Below, piece after piece: positions 10,658 through 21,011 of a DNA stretch of 64,000 nt. Source of the stretch: an uncultured Actinomycetota bacterium (lineage in GTDB: Bacteria > Actinomycetota > Actinomycetes > Streptosporangiales > Streptosporangiaceae); contig CAWGXI010000005.1 of the NCBI GenBank assembly GCA_963826515.1, forward strand, positions 193,610-257,609, given 5' to 3'. The number at the start of each line of letters is the position of its first letter. Position 1 is the stretch's first letter. The notes beneath the pieces are model-generated. The model had not been told where the DNA came from. It did no database searches and saw only the letters and a list, made by a program, of their open reading frames with translations. The position numbers and the translations under genes were made by a program.

Positions 10658-11224
10658 GTGGCTCCACAGATCGATTGGCGGCAACTCGACACGGTCGCCT
10701 TCACCGCTCAACTTGAGGCGTGTTTGTCCGTTTACGCGGCCGCGATGAACCCGCCCGCCATCCAGCTTCCTGGCAGGCGATCCATAATGGAGCGGCACCT
10801 CGCCTATCCCCGCTTCCGCGGAGTCGCCGCGACAACCAGCGACGAGTCTGGCGCGATTATCGGCTTCGCCTACGGCTTCCACGGTGAGGCGGGACAGTGG
10901 TGGCATGATCTCGTCGTAGCCGCCGTCGCCACCACCGCTGGCCGCGGGCGCGCAGACACCTGGCTCGCCGACTCCTTCGAGATCGGCGAGGTACACGTGC
11001 GCCCGGAATATCAGGGCCACGGCGTCGGCCGGCGCATGATGCTCACTCTCACCGCCGACCGCACCGAGCGCACCGCCGTGCTGTCCACCCGCGACGCCGA
11101 TTCGCCCGCCCGGCACCTTTACCGCAAGCTCGGCTTCACCGACCTGCTCAGCCAGTTCCGCTTCCCTGGCGGACCTGAGCGTTACGCGGTGATGGGGGCG
11201 CCGCTGCCCCTCGCATCAGGCTGA
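10658..11224 (+). CDS. GNAT family N-acetyltransferase
   Basis: Acetyl-CoA binding motif [16 protein letters not shown] and [10 protein letters not shown]. Confidence 0.8.
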   Translation: MAPQIDWRQLDTVAFTAQLEACLSVYAAAMNPPAIQLPGRRSIMERHLAYPRFRGVAATTSDESGAIIGFAYGFHGEAGQWWHDLVVAAVATTAGRGRADTWLADSFEIGEVHVRPEYQGHGVGRRMMLTLTADRTERTAVLSTRDADSPARHLYRKLGFTDLLSQFRFPGGPERYAVMGAPLPLASG

Positions 11225-12139
11225 CGGCCGCGCGAGCGCCCGGTCCCGCAGGCCGAGCAACTGATAAATCTCCCTGGTGGCGGTCGACCGGTTGAGGGTA
11301 TAAAAGTGCAGGCCGGGGACACCCTCGTCGAGCAGGTGCTGGCACATGCCCGCCGCGAACTCCACCCCTATTTCCCTAACGGCTCCGCTGTCGTGCGCCA
11401 CCCCGCGAAGCCGTTCTGCTAGCTCGGGCGGGAACTTGGCGCCGGACAGCACCGCGGCCCGCTCGATCATTCGGACATTGGTAATCGGCATAATGCCCGC
11501 GATGATCGGAATGTCACAACCGAGCGCTGCGACCCGGTCGCGCAGTCGCAGGTAGTCCGCGACATAAAAGAACATCTGGGTGATCGCGAAGTCGGCGCCC
11601 GCACGGCACTTGCGGACGAAATAGTCGACATCTGTACCGAAATCTGGCGATCGCGGGTGCTTCTCAGGAAACGCCGCCACGCCGACGCAGAAATCACCGG
11701 ATGCCCTGATCAGACGAACGAGGTCAGCCGCATAGCTGAGGCCAGCCGGGTGGGGCACCCAGTCGGCGTTGGGGTCGCCTGGTGGGTCGCCGCGGAGCGC
11801 AAGCACATTGCGCACGCCCTCGGCAGCATATGAGCCGATGACATGCCGGAGTTCGGCTACAGAGTGATTGACCGCGGTGAAGTGCCCGACCGGGGTCAGG
11901 GTCGTTTCCGCCGCGATCCGGCCCGTTATCCGTACAGTGCGATCCCTCGTGGAACCACCGGCACCGTAAGTGACAGAAACGAACGTCGGCGCGAGCGCCT
12001 CGAGTTGCCGTATGGCCAGCCACAACTGGCGTTCGGCATCCTCCGTTTTGGGCGGCATGAACTCGAACGAGTAAGACTCGCCGCCGCCGGCGAGCAGCTC
12101 ACGTATCGTCGCAGCCCGGTGATTCGGTGCACGCACCAT
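11216..12139 (-). CDS. metF: methylenetetrahydrofolate reductase
   Basis: [38 protein letters not shown] motifs over the full 307 aa. Confidence 0.9.
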   Translation of the reverse strand: MVRAPNHRAATIRELLAGGGESYSFEFMPPKTEDAERQLWLAIRQLEALAPTFVSVTYGAGGSTRDRTVRITGRIAAETTLTPVGHFTAVNHSVAELRHVIGSYAAEGVRNVLALRGDPPGDPNADWVPHPAGLSYAADLVRLIRASGDFCVGVAAFPEKHPRSPDFGTDVDYFVRKCRAGADFAITQMFFYVADYLRLRDRVAALGCDIPIIAGIMPITNVRMIERAAVLSGAKFPPELAERLRGVAHDSGAVREIGVEFAAGMCQHLLDEGVPGLHFYTLNRSTATREIYQLLGLRDRALARPSA

Positions 12140-12169
12140 GCGGCAAGGCTAGCCGGGCGCCAGGCCGGA

Positions 12170-13513
12170 ATGCGAACCCGGTCACACTACTACCCGCCTC
12201 GCCGTCAGGCCATTGCCGCGATTAGCCTCGCGACCATGGCATTCCCGTCCGCGCACGACCCAGCAGGCCACCCGGCCGCTAGCCTGGCCGCCGGCAGCGC
12301 GGCCGGGCCGGGCGACGAAGGGCAGGACTGGCACGGCGGGGGTGGGCACAGCGGGGGTGGGCCGCGCGGCGATGGGCACGGCGTGGATCAGCGCAGCGTG
12401 GGTGGGCAGCGCGGGGGTGGGCACGGCGTGGATCGGCACAGCCGGGCTAGGCGCAGCGATGCCGGGCTCGAACGGATCACGGCCGGGGTGCAGCAGGCGC
12501 TCGACCGGTTCATTGAACGGCAACGGCCGGTTCTGCTGGCGGCGGGCGAGGAACTCCTGCCTGGACTTGCGGCGATCGAGTCGCTGCTCGCCGGAGGAAA
12601 GCGGCTGCGGCCCGCGTTCTGCTACTGGGGATGGCGCGGTGCGGGCGGCGACGACTGCCCGGAAATCATCGCTGCCGCCGCGGCGCTCGAACTCCTGCAC
12701 GCGAGCGCACTCGTCCATGACGACGTGATGGACGGCAGCGACACCCGGCGCGGCCAGCCGTCACTGCACCGCCGTTTCGCGGCCAGGCACGTAGGCTCGG
12801 GTTGGCATGGATCGGCGGACTCGTTCGGCGTCGGGGCCGCGATCCTCATGGGCGATCTGCTGCTGTCCTGGACCGACGAGATGTTCCACGCCAGTGGCCT
12901 GCCCGCTGCGGCGACGCAGCGCGGGCGGCGAGTGCTTTCCGTGATGGCGACCGAGGTCATAGCCGGGCAGTATCTCGACCTGCTCGAGCAGGTCAGCGGC
13001 GCTGGCACGGTCGCGTCTGCGCTGCGCGTCGCAAGTTACAAGTCCGCCAAGTACACGGTCGAGCGGCCATTGCACCTCGGTGCGGCGCTCGCCGCCGCAC
13101 CTGATTCCGTGACGCAGGCCTACACACGGTTCGGAATGCCGCTCGGCACCGCCTTCCAGCTTCGCGACGACGTGCTCGGCGTGTTCGGTGATCCCGTGCA
13201 GACCGGCAAGCCTGCCGGCGACGACCTGCGTGAGGGCAAGCGGACGGTGCTCGTCGCTACCACCTTCGCCAAGGCGAGCAGGGACGAGGCGGCGGCGCTC
13301 GGCAGACGCCTCGGGGATCCCAGGCTCGATCAGGCGGGGGTGACGGAGGCTCAGGAGATCATCCGCGGCACGGGCGCGCTACTCGCATGCGAGGAGCTGA
13401 TCGAGCGCTACCTATCCGCGGCACTGGCGGCACTGACAGATGCGCCGGTCACCGCTGAAGCCAAGGAGGCGCTCGCCGAGCTTGCGCTTGCCGCCACATC
13501 CAGAACCAAATAG
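12170..13513 (+). CDS. polyprenyl (geranylgeranyl) diphosphate synthase; start uncertain
   Basis: GKRLRPAF, first DDxxD (LVHDDVMD) and second DDxxD (QLRDDVLG) motifs. The ORF track start (11843) overlaps metF. Candidate starts are 12170, 12236 or a later GTG. The N-terminal region is repeat-rich. Confidence 0.8.
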   Translation: MRTRSHYYPPRRQAIAAISLATMAFPSAHDPAGHPAASLAAGSAAGPGDEGQDWHGGGGHSGGGPRGDGHGVDQRSVGGQRGGGHGVDRHSRARRSDAGLERITAGVQQALDRFIERQRPVLLAAGEELLPGLAAIESLLAGGKRLRPAFCYWGWRGAGGDDCPEIIAAAAALELLHASALVHDDVMDGSDTRRGQPSLHRRFAARHVGSGWHGSADSFGVGAAILMGDLLLSWTDEMFHASGLPAAATQRGRRVLSVMATEVIAGQYLDLLEQVSGAGTVASALRVASYKSAKYTVERPLHLGAALAAAPDSVTQAYTRFGMPLGTAFQLRDDVLGVFGDPVQTGKPAGDDLREGKRTVLVATTFAKASRDEAAALGRRLGDPRLDQAGVTEAQEIIRGTGALLACEELIERYLSAALAALTDAPVTAEAKEALAELALAATSRTK

Positions 13514-13765
13514 CTAGCGGTCTGCAAGAGGAGTCTCTTCTCTAGCTCTGTGGTGCACGACAACGCCCAGGCGGGCACCTCGCGGCGTTGTCGACGTCGC
13601 GCGTAGGAACCACGAAGCGTTCCTCGAGAACAAGCCTGACGGACTTGGACGCGGCGGACGAGACTGCGGACGAGGTTGCGGCGCGCTTGTATCCACTCGA
13701 GATGATCTCAGTAGCTTCCACGCTCGGAAGGGCAGATCCGGGCGTGATGTCCCGAGCAGGCCACA
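13511..13765. mobile_element. MITE-like structured repeat, family A copy 1 (partial)
   Basis: About 125 nt align with 40006-40130 (tagctagYggtctg...ctgtggtScacgacRacgccca.gcgggcacctcgcggcgttgtcg...ctcgaSRacaag). The first TAG is the stop of the polyprenyl synthase. The right TIR is missing. A family-B-like end occurs near 13740-13762. Confidence 0.6.
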
Positions 13766-14050
13766 CATGCTGGCCACAGCGTAAAGCGCCCGTTACGCTT
13801 CGTAATCGTTTCGCCTTCCCGGCCGGGCCGAATGGCCATAGTGTGTCCGGAAGCTCGCCATGATCCGTCGCTGTGTTAATTTTCCGGCGCTATCCGCGGG
13901 CTAGTTAACGCAAGAACGGATCATGAGCGAAGCTGGCGGTTGCCCCAGGAGATACCGTCGGCTGCGCCGTCAGCCAGGCGGCTCCGGCCGCGGAGAAGGG
14001 CCGGCCTCGCGTGTGCGTCGCTGCCCGTCACGGCACCGGTTGCCTGGCTG

Positions 14051-15205
14051 CTAACACGCCCGCTGAGAGGCCTTGTAACCCGCGGGCGGAACGCCGATCA
14101 GGTAGCTGCCGCCGCCTGGCTGGAGGTAGAGCGTGATGGTCCAGCGTGTGCACGCTAAGCGGTCCGGGCTGTCGGTCGGCGACTGATGGCTGGTGAACTC
14201 GACAATCGCGGCGAGGCGGCCCCCCGCTGTCGGAGCGAGGCCGATGAGGATGGCGCCGGAGTCCGTGGTGGAGCGGAATCCGGCCGCGAACCGCGGCGCA
14301 GTCTCGGCCCGCTGCATCCGCTGGCCGAGCAGGAGCCGGAAACGCTGATAGTCATGCACATTGATAGCGCTGAAATAGCTGGTGAGGAAGCTCGCCACCG
14401 ACGCAGCGGCCGGGTCGCGCACCGCGGCGGGGGCGACAGCGACGGTGGCGCGGCCAATCGGCGCGCTGGCCGGGGGCGGGTGCGCAGTGGTGTGCGCGGG
14501 TGTCGGGGTGAGTTTTGGTGGCGGCCGTGAGGACGACGTCTGCGGCCGGCTCGCCGTCGCGCTGTTCCTTGGCGCCGCCGTCGCGCTGTTCCTTGGCGCC
14601 GCCGTCGCGCTGTTCCTTGGCGCCGCCGTCGCGCTGTGGCTTGGTGCCGCGGCCGCACCGCGGCTGCTGCCCGCGGTCATTTTGAGGGCAAGCGCGGCTG
14701 CTCCTGCGCCAAGGAGCACGATCACAAGCAGCGTGATCGCGATCGTCCTTGGCCGGTGGCCAGGGGGGCCCGGAGGCTCGGGTTGCTGCCGCAGGTAGGC
14801 CTTTGGCGGTTGCTGGTCCTCCCACATCGGCGGTGCCGATTCCGGCCGCGGCACCGGGTCCTCCCAGATAGGCGCAGGCGATACCTGCGACTGCTGGTAC
14901 GGGTCGGCCGACGGCCACTCCCCCGCGTCCGATGGCCGCGCCTCAGCGCTGGGTGGCTGCGGGCCTCCCCATGCCTCGTGTTCCCACGCGCCGCTCTCAT
15001 GGCCCGGCGGGTATTCGTGACCGGAGGGGTATTCGTGACCGGAGGGGTATTCGTGACCGGGAGGATATTCGTGGCCGGGAGGATATTCGTGGCCGGAGGG
15101 ATATGCGGGGTCCGACAGCAATCCGGGGCCGGGGTCATCCCGGTCGCTGGCGGGCTCACCCTGAGAGGTTTCCCAGCCGCTGGAAGAAGGGTTCCAGTGG
15201 CTCAT
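14051..15205 (-). CDS. Pro-rich membrane-anchored hypothetical protein with several internal tandem repeats
   Basis: 384-aa ORF with good GC3. One TM segment (IAITLLVIVLLGAGAAALAL), YP(P/S)GHE x6, ATAAPRNS x3, and a folded-looking C-terminal domain. Confidence 0.6.
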   Translation of the reverse strand: MSHWNPSSSGWETSQGEPASDRDDPGPGLLSDPAYPSGHEYPPGHEYPPGHEYPSGHEYPSGHEYPPGHESGAWEHEAWGGPQPPSAEARPSDAGEWPSADPYQQSQVSPAPIWEDPVPRPESAPPMWEDQQPPKAYLRQQPEPPGPPGHRPRTIAITLLVIVLLGAGAAALALKMTAGSSRGAAAAPSHSATAAPRNSATAAPRNSATAAPRNSATASRPQTSSSRPPPKLTPTPAHTTAHPPPASAPIGRATVAVAPAAVRDPAAASVASFLTSYFSAINVHDYQRFRLLLGQRMQRAETAPRFAAGFRSTTDSGAILIGLAPTAGGRLAAIVEFTSHQSPTDSPDRLACTRWTITLYLQPGGGSYLIGVPPAGYKASQRAC

Positions 15206-15235
15206 GGGCCGTCCCGTTCCGCCTTCGCAGGCAAA

Positions 15236-15305
15236 CCTGTCGCTGCCGCTGGTCGCTGCCGCCGGTCGCTGCCGCCGGTCGCTGCCGCCCGTCGCTGCCG
15301 CCGGT
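15236..15305. repeat. 13-bp tandem repeat x5 (intergenic)
   Basis: ggtcgctgccgcc repeated just upstream of the 14051-15205 gene start. Confidence 0.8.
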
Positions 15306-15577
15306 CCGTGCTGGCTGCTGCCGGTCCGTCCTGGCCGCCGCTTATCTGCTGCGCGCCGAGGCGCGACAGGATATTGGCACTATAAGTCCTCAATCCGGGG
15401 CAAGGACGGGACAATCGCAAGCGATGAGGCTAACCAGGCAGTAGCAGCCTGGTTACCCCGCGACCAGCCCGCGACCATGAGAGGGCACCTATGCCGCTCC
15501 GGCTGGCGCGTATCCCCCCTGGGCGTTGTGTGCGTGTGCCTCACGACACCGTTGTCGTCGTGCGCGTCACGGGCGCG

Positions 15578-15700
15578 CCACACAGTGCTGCCGCCACACA
15601 GTGCTGCCGCCACACAGTGCTGCCGCCACACAGTGCTGCCGCCACACAGTGCTGCCGCCACACAGTGCTGCCGCCACACAGTGCTGCCGCCACACAGTGC
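15578..15700. repeat. perfect 16-bp tandem repeat, about 7.7 copies (intergenic)
   Basis: ccacacagtgctgccg repeated. The period is not a multiple of 3. Confidence 0.9.
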
Positions 15701-15836
15701 GACCGCGTGATGAGCCTTGCGCACGTCGCCGCTGGGCGCGCACATACAGCCGCTGGTACGCGCGTACATAGCTGGGTGCGCGTGCAAATAAACGTGTTGT
15801 GGCGTCGATCGCGATCGGCTTCTCGCCGGTTGTGGC

Positions 15837-16208
15837 TCAGAACGCGAGCGCCTGTGCCCTCCGGTTCACCTCGGTACGCCTGTTCGCCGCGATGGCCTGG
15901 ATCGGCGTACCTGGCAGCGACTCATCGGCGGTGAACAGCCAGCGCAACGCCTCCAGGTCGTCGAACCCGCAGTCGAAAAGCAGGGTGAGCGTACCGTGCA
16001 GGCCCTTCACCACCTGGTTGCCGTCGACGAAGGCGGCAGGCACCGCCAGAGTGCCGCACGGCCGGTTGACGCCGAGCAGCTTGTGGTCCCGCAGCATCTG
16101 CTTGACGCGTGCGCCGGGGACGGCAAGTTGCCTGGCGACCTCGGAAAGGGTCAGCCAGTCACCGACGTGAGCGTCGGTCTCAGGGTCTATCTGTGCCACG
16201 TATCCCAA
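15837..16208 (-). CDS. Rv2175c-like DNA-binding protein (PknL-substrate family)
   Basis: WLTLSEVARQLAVPGARVKQMLRDHKLLGV...VPAAFV... fits the Rv2175c family. Lies near a PknL-like kinase, as in mycobacteria. Confidence 0.8.
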   Translation of the reverse strand: MGYVAQIDPETDAHVGDWLTLSEVARQLAVPGARVKQMLRDHKLLGVNRPCGTLAVPAAFVDGNQVVKGLHGTLTLLFDCGFDDLEALRWLFTADESLPGTPIQAIAANRRTEVNRRAQALAF

Positions 16209-16264
16209 TTTCCCACGTCCTGCACGCAGTCAAACTCACTCATGGCAGCTGTCACCCCTGGTCC

Positions 16265-17449
16265 TCATGACGCCGTGATGACGGTATCGCGCACAGGGAC
16301 ATCCGGGTCCGCGAGCCGAACCTGATCCACCGGGGCGCCTGACGCGACAACACGGCGCCCCTGCGCGAGGTCGCGTGGGCGGTCCACGGCCAGCACCGCT
16401 GCCAGTCGGTCGCCCGCGAGCCAGCATGCGCTCCACCGCTGCCCGGCCGGATCGCCGCGCCATACCAGGCGGTCGGCGGCCTCGTAGTGGCCGACGTACT
16501 GCACCATCCGGCCGAATTGCTCTGACCAGAAGTACGGCACCGGATCATACACCTCGCTTTCGCCGAGCACGTTCGCCGCGACGACCTCCGGCGCGTGCAG
16601 CGCATTGTCCCAGTGCTCGACCCGCAGCCTGCGCCCGTACCTGCGAGACCAGAACGCGGCGCAGTCCCCGGCCGCGAACACGTCAGCCATCGAAGAACGC
16701 AACCCTTCGTCCACGGCGACGCCATTGTGTAGCCCGATGCCGCACTCGGTCAGCCACGCAACGGCAGGCCGGACGCCGACCGCGGTCACGACCTCGTCCG
16801 CGGCCAGATGCGAGCCCCCGGCCAGCACAAGACCGCCCGCATGCACGAAGTCCACGGCTGTGCCCAGCCGCAGGTCAACCCCGGCCTCCGCATACCAGCG
16901 CTGTGTCTGCGCACCCACCTGCGGGCCGATCGCCGCCGCCAGCGGCGCCTGCCCCGCCTCGACCACGGTGACCTGGCAACCGTGCGCCGCCGCGGCGGTG
17001 GCAAGCTCCGCGCCAATCCACCCGGCGCCGGCCACCGCGAGCCGCAGCCCGGGACGCAGCAGGCCGCGCAGCGACCGCGCGTCGTCGATGGTGCGCAGGA
17101 AACGCTGCGCCGCGTCGCCTGGAAGCGCCGCAGGGACCGCGCCGGTGGCCACGACAAGCCGGTCGAACGGGTGCGCGCCGCAGTCAGTGAGCAGCGCACC
17201 CTCAGCGAGGCCCACGGCCGTCTCGGCTACGCGGAACTCGACGCCGAGCGCGCCGAAATCGGCATCTAGCGTCGTGTCGTCGACCGCGCCCGCCAGCAGT
17301 TGCTTCGACAGCGGCGGCCGGTCGTACGGGGCATGCGGTTCCGCGCCGACCAGCGTGATGGCTCCGGCGTATCGCCTGCCGCGCAGCGCCTCGATGGTGC
17401 GCAGGCCCGCAAGCCCGCCTCCAGCCACAACGACCCGCGAGATGCTCAT
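16265..17449 (-). CDS. NAD(P)/FAD-dependent oxidoreductase (ferredoxin-reductase type)
   Basis: MSISRVVVAGGGLAGLRT (FAD GxGxxG), second dinucleotide fold VAGAGWIGAELA, VFAAGDCA. Internal ATG 17449 chosen over the ORF-track start 17632. Confidence 0.85.
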   Translation of the reverse strand: MSISRVVVAGGGLAGLRTIEALRGRRYAGAITLVGAEPHAPYDRPPLSKQLLAGAVDDTTLDADFGALGVEFRVAETAVGLAEGALLTDCGAHPFDRLVVATGAVPAALPGDAAQRFLRTIDDARSLRGLLRPGLRLAVAGAGWIGAELATAAAAHGCQVTVVEAGQAPLAAAIGPQVGAQTQRWYAEAGVDLRLGTAVDFVHAGGLVLAGGSHLAADEVVTAVGVRPAVAWLTECGIGLHNGVAVDEGLRSSMADVFAAGDCAAFWSRRYGRRLRVEHWDNALHAPEVVAANVLGESEVYDPVPYFWSEQFGRMVQYVGHYEAADRLVWRGDPAGQRWSACWLAGDRLAAVLAVDRPRDLAQGRRVVASGAPVDQVRLADPDVPVRDTVITAS

Positions 17450-17637
17450 TCGGCCTAAGTTAGAGCAACCGCTTTCTGCGACCCCAACGCGGAGCCTTCT
17501 GCACCATGATCCGCTATCGCAGGAATGGCCTGGCGGCGCCGCAGAGTCAGCGCTCGATCGCGGCTGGTCACTGCCTGGGTGGCTTCTGCACTTTGGCAGG
17601 GCGAAGCAGATGCGACTGTCCGTAGACTTCATCGCAA

Positions 17638-19871
17638 ATGGACGCGACGCTTGCGGACCCTCTCGTCGGGCGACTGCTCGACGGGCGCTACCGTGTCGAG
17701 TCCCGCATCGCTCGCGGCGGGATGGCCACGGTCTACGTCGCCACTGACACCCGGCTTGACCGGACGGTGGCGCTGAAGATCATGCACAGCGAACTGGCAG
17801 GCGACGCCGATTTCGTGCGCCGGTTCATCGGCGAGGCTAAATCGGTGGCGCGCCTTTCCCACCCCAACGTGGTCGCCGTCTTCGACCAGGGCAGCGATGG
17901 CGAGCAGGTGTACCTCGCCATGGAGTATGTGCCCGGCCGCAATCTGCGCGACCTGCTGAACGAGCGCGGGCGGCTCGGGCCTGCCGAGGCCCTCGACCTC
18001 ATGGTGCCTGTGCTCGCCGGCCTTGGCGCTGCGCATCAGGCGGGCTTCGTGCACAGGGACATCAAGCCGGAGAACGTGCTGATCACTGCCGACAACCGGG
18101 TCAAGGTCGTGGACTTTGGCCTGGCCCGCGCGGTCGCCGCGGCGCGCCATACCAACACCGGCATGCTCATCGGCACCGTCGCCTACCTGGCCCCCGAGCA
18201 GGTCTCGCGGGCATCGGCTGACGCCAGGAGCGACGTCTACGGGCCGGCGTCATGCTGTTCGAATTGGTGACAGGCCGTCAGCCGTACACGGGTGACACGC
18301 CGCTCGCTGTGGCGTACAAGCATGTGAACGAGACCGTCCCGGCGCCATCCAGTCTTGTCCCCGGGCTGGCCCCTGCTGTCGACGCGCTTGTGGCGTTGGC
18401 TACCAGCCGCGATCCCGGGCTGCGGCCGGGCGACGCGAGCCAGTTGCTGCGCGCTGTGTTCGACGCACGCAGGCAACTGCCGGGCGGGTCGGTCTTCGCT
18501 CCTGGCACCGAGATGCCGCTGACGGCCCAGCAGGGCCAGCACCTTGCGCAGGCATACCCGGGCCAGCCCGGACAGCAAGGGCCCTTCGCAGCGCCCTATG
18601 GCCTCGTGCCGCCGGTGGGCGTGCCACCTGCGTGGCCACAAGCAGAGCCACCAGCAGGGCTACCCGCAGGGCCACAAGCGGGGCTACCCGAAGGGCCACA
18701 AGCAGGGCCACCTGCGGGTTCACCCGCGGCGCCACCTCCCGCTGGCCCTCCGCAGGCCGGCGCCACCGCTCCGCAGCAATCCGCGATCCTCGGCGTGCCC
18801 GGCGTTCCAGGGGTGCCTGCGCTGCCGGCGTTCGGCCCGGGCCGTGGTGACAGGGCCAGCAGCGGCTTCGGCGCTGCCCCGCAGGCAGGCGGCGAGCACA
18901 CCGGATTCTCCGGGCAGCCGGGCGGACAGAACAAGACGCTGATCGTGTCACGCGACAGCGGTGGTCATCATGGGCCGCGCCGGCGTCGGAGCCTGGCCGA
19001 CTGGCTGTTCAGCCGCCGGGCGGCGTATCTGGCTGGCGCGCTCGCGGTTGTGCTTGTGGTCGGTTTCCTCGCCTGGTGGCAGACGTCGGGGCGGTACACG
19101 AGGGTGCCCGACGTGGCGGGTCTGGCCGCGCCAACGGCCGCCGCCGAGCTGCGAAACTTGGGGTTCAAAGTCACGATGGGCTCGCCGCAGGCGGACAACC
19201 AGGTGCCCAAGGGGGACGTGGCACGCACCCTGCCGGGCAGCGGCGGTCATGCGCTGAACGGGAGCGTCATCACCGTGATCTCGTCCGCGGGCCCGCGCAT
19301 GATCTCGGTGCCAAACGTGACGGGTCAGGCGGTCGCCGACGCCCAGAAGGCGCTCACCGCCGCAGGCCTGATACCTGGCGCCACGCAGCAGCAGACCTCG
19401 CCCACCGTCCCACAGGGCGAAGTGATCAGCACGGACCCTAACGGAGGGACGTCGTGGCCACAGACAAAGCCGGTCAAGCTCACGGTGAGCGCCGGCATTG
19501 GGCTGCCTGACTTCACCGGGCAGCCGAAGCAGGCCGCGGAACAGTGGCTGCAGCAGCACCAGTTGCAGGTGCAGGAGCAGTCACACCCGAGCGGCACCCA
19601 GCCAGCTGGGAACGTGATCAAGCAGAGCCCAGCCGCGGGCACCGCGGTCAGACAGGGCGAAGTGATCACACTCTCCATTTCGGCCGGTCCCCCTGTTGTC
19701 CAGATTCCCAGCGTGACCGGCATGCCCGTGCACGATGCCCGCAAGGAACTCCAACGGCTCGGTTTCCAGGTCAACGTCATCGGGTTCGGCCATGGCCGGG
19801 TACTCGTCTGCCAGCCGACCGGCCAGGCGCCCAAGGGCAGCACGATCACCCTGTTGGCCGGTCTGGGCTGA
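17638..19871 (+). pseudogene. PknL/PknB-like Ser/Thr kinase with four PASTA domains, interrupted by a 1-nt frameshift near 18240
   Basis: ORF 17638-18270 holds kinase subdomains I-VIII and ends ...SDVYGPASCCSNW*. ORF 18252-19871 continues in another frame with (AGV)MLFELVTGRQPY..., a TM segment and four PASTA repeats. One missing base in tacGGGcc restores the frame. Confidence 0.85.
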
Positions 19872-19925
19872 GTTGGCCGGTGACGGCCGAGTGGCCGGTG
19901 ACGGCCGAGTGGCCGGTGACGGGCC
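19872..19925. repeat. 18-bp tandem repeat x3 directly after the kinase stop
   Basis: gtggccggtgacggccga repeated. Confidence 0.8.
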
Positions 19926-19959
19926 ACAGCCAGCAAGGGGCCGTCTACCCTTGACGATC

Positions 19960-20820
19960 ATGCCGCATCTACCGATCGGCGCCCACGTGCCGGTGGCAGG
20001 CGGCCTCGCGGCCGCCGGTCTGCGGTACGCGGCCGAGGTGGGAGCCGAGGCGATCCAGGTGTTCGTCTCCAATCCGCGCGGCTGGGCGCTGGCACAGGGA
20101 AATCCTGCCGAGGATGCTGCCTTCACCCGCGGCACCGCCGGCCTGCCCGTCTTCGTGCACGCGTCCTACCTGGTCAACCTGGCCTCACCGGATCCGCAGA
20201 CGGCTGAGCTTTCTGTGGGGTCACTGCGGCACGCCGTCCGGCGGGGCGGCGAGATCGGCGCGCGTGGGGTGGTCGTACACACGGGATCGGCCGTGCGAGG
20301 AGATCCGGATGTGGCGCTGCGCCAGGTCAGGGAGCTGCTGCTGCCGCTGCTCGACGAGATCGGCGAGGCTGGCCCAGACGTGCTGCTCGAGTCGATGGCT
20401 GGCCACGGCCAGTTGCTCTGCGCAGCCGTCACCGACTTCGGCCCCTACCTCGACGCGCTCGACAGGCACCCGCGCGTGGCGATCTGCCTGGACACCTGTC
20501 ATGCCTACGCCGCCGGCCACGATCTGGGCGCGCCCGGGGGCGTGAGCGCGGTGCTCGACGCGCTGCACGGCGCCGCCGGGCCGGGCAGGCTGAAGCTGGT
20601 ACACGCCAACGACTCCAAGGACTCATTGGGTTCGCGGCGCGATAGACACGAGAACATCGGTGCCGGGCACATCGGCAGGGAGCCGTTCGGCGAATTGCTG
20701 CGCCACCCACTCACCGAGGGAGTCCCTTTCATCGTCGAGACTCCGGGCTCAGCTGCGGCGCACGCGCGCGACATCGCCACGCTCAAGAGACTCAGGGCCT
20801 GTCCTGTGGATCTTGGTTGA
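19960..20820 (+). CDS. nfo: deoxyribonuclease IV (endonuclease IV)
   Basis: MPHLPIGAHVPVAGGLA...IQVFVSNPRGW...VHASYLVNLASPD...HTG...LDTCHAYAAGHDL...HANDSK...RHENIG. Start at the internal ATG 19960. Confidence 0.9.
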   Translation: MPHLPIGAHVPVAGGLAAAGLRYAAEVGAEAIQVFVSNPRGWALAQGNPAEDAAFTRGTAGLPVFVHASYLVNLASPDPQTAELSVGSLRHAVRRGGEIGARGVVVHTGSAVRGDPDVALRQVRELLLPLLDEIGEAGPDVLLESMAGHGQLLCAAVTDFGPYLDALDRHPRVAICLDTCHAYAAGHDLGAPGGVSAVLDALHGAAGPGRLKLVHANDSKDSLGSRRDRHENIGAGHIGREPFGELLRHPLTEGVPFIVETPGSAAAHARDIATLKRLRACPVDLG

Positions 20821-20925
20821 TGCGGGCGGTGATCCAGGCGGCGACCCGGCAAGGCCCTGCTTGTTCTCGAGGAGCCGATAGTGGAGCGATCGGCGCCGTG
20901 CCGCCAAAGACCTGCGGGACGTCCT
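20795..20925. mobile_element. MITE-like structured repeat, family B copy 1
   Basis: About 90 percent identical by eye to 46235-46345 (gatcttggttgatgcgggcgg...ggcaaggccctgcttgttctcgaggagccgatagtgg...atcggcgcc...ctgcgggac). Overlaps the last codons and the stop of nfo. Confidence 0.7.
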
Positions 20926-21011
20926 CTTTGGGCGTGACGTGGCAGGGGACCGCCACGCCCGCGATGCCGGCGTAGCGCGAAGGCCGGCGCTGATGCGCTA
21001 AACTCAGTGCC

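Noticed and set aside
12140-12300. Possible SAM or B12 riboswitch upstream of metF
   Set aside because: No SAM-I/SAM-IV or cobalamin core motifs were recognisable in the minus-strand leader. The spacer may also be part of the divergent polyprenyl synthase gene.
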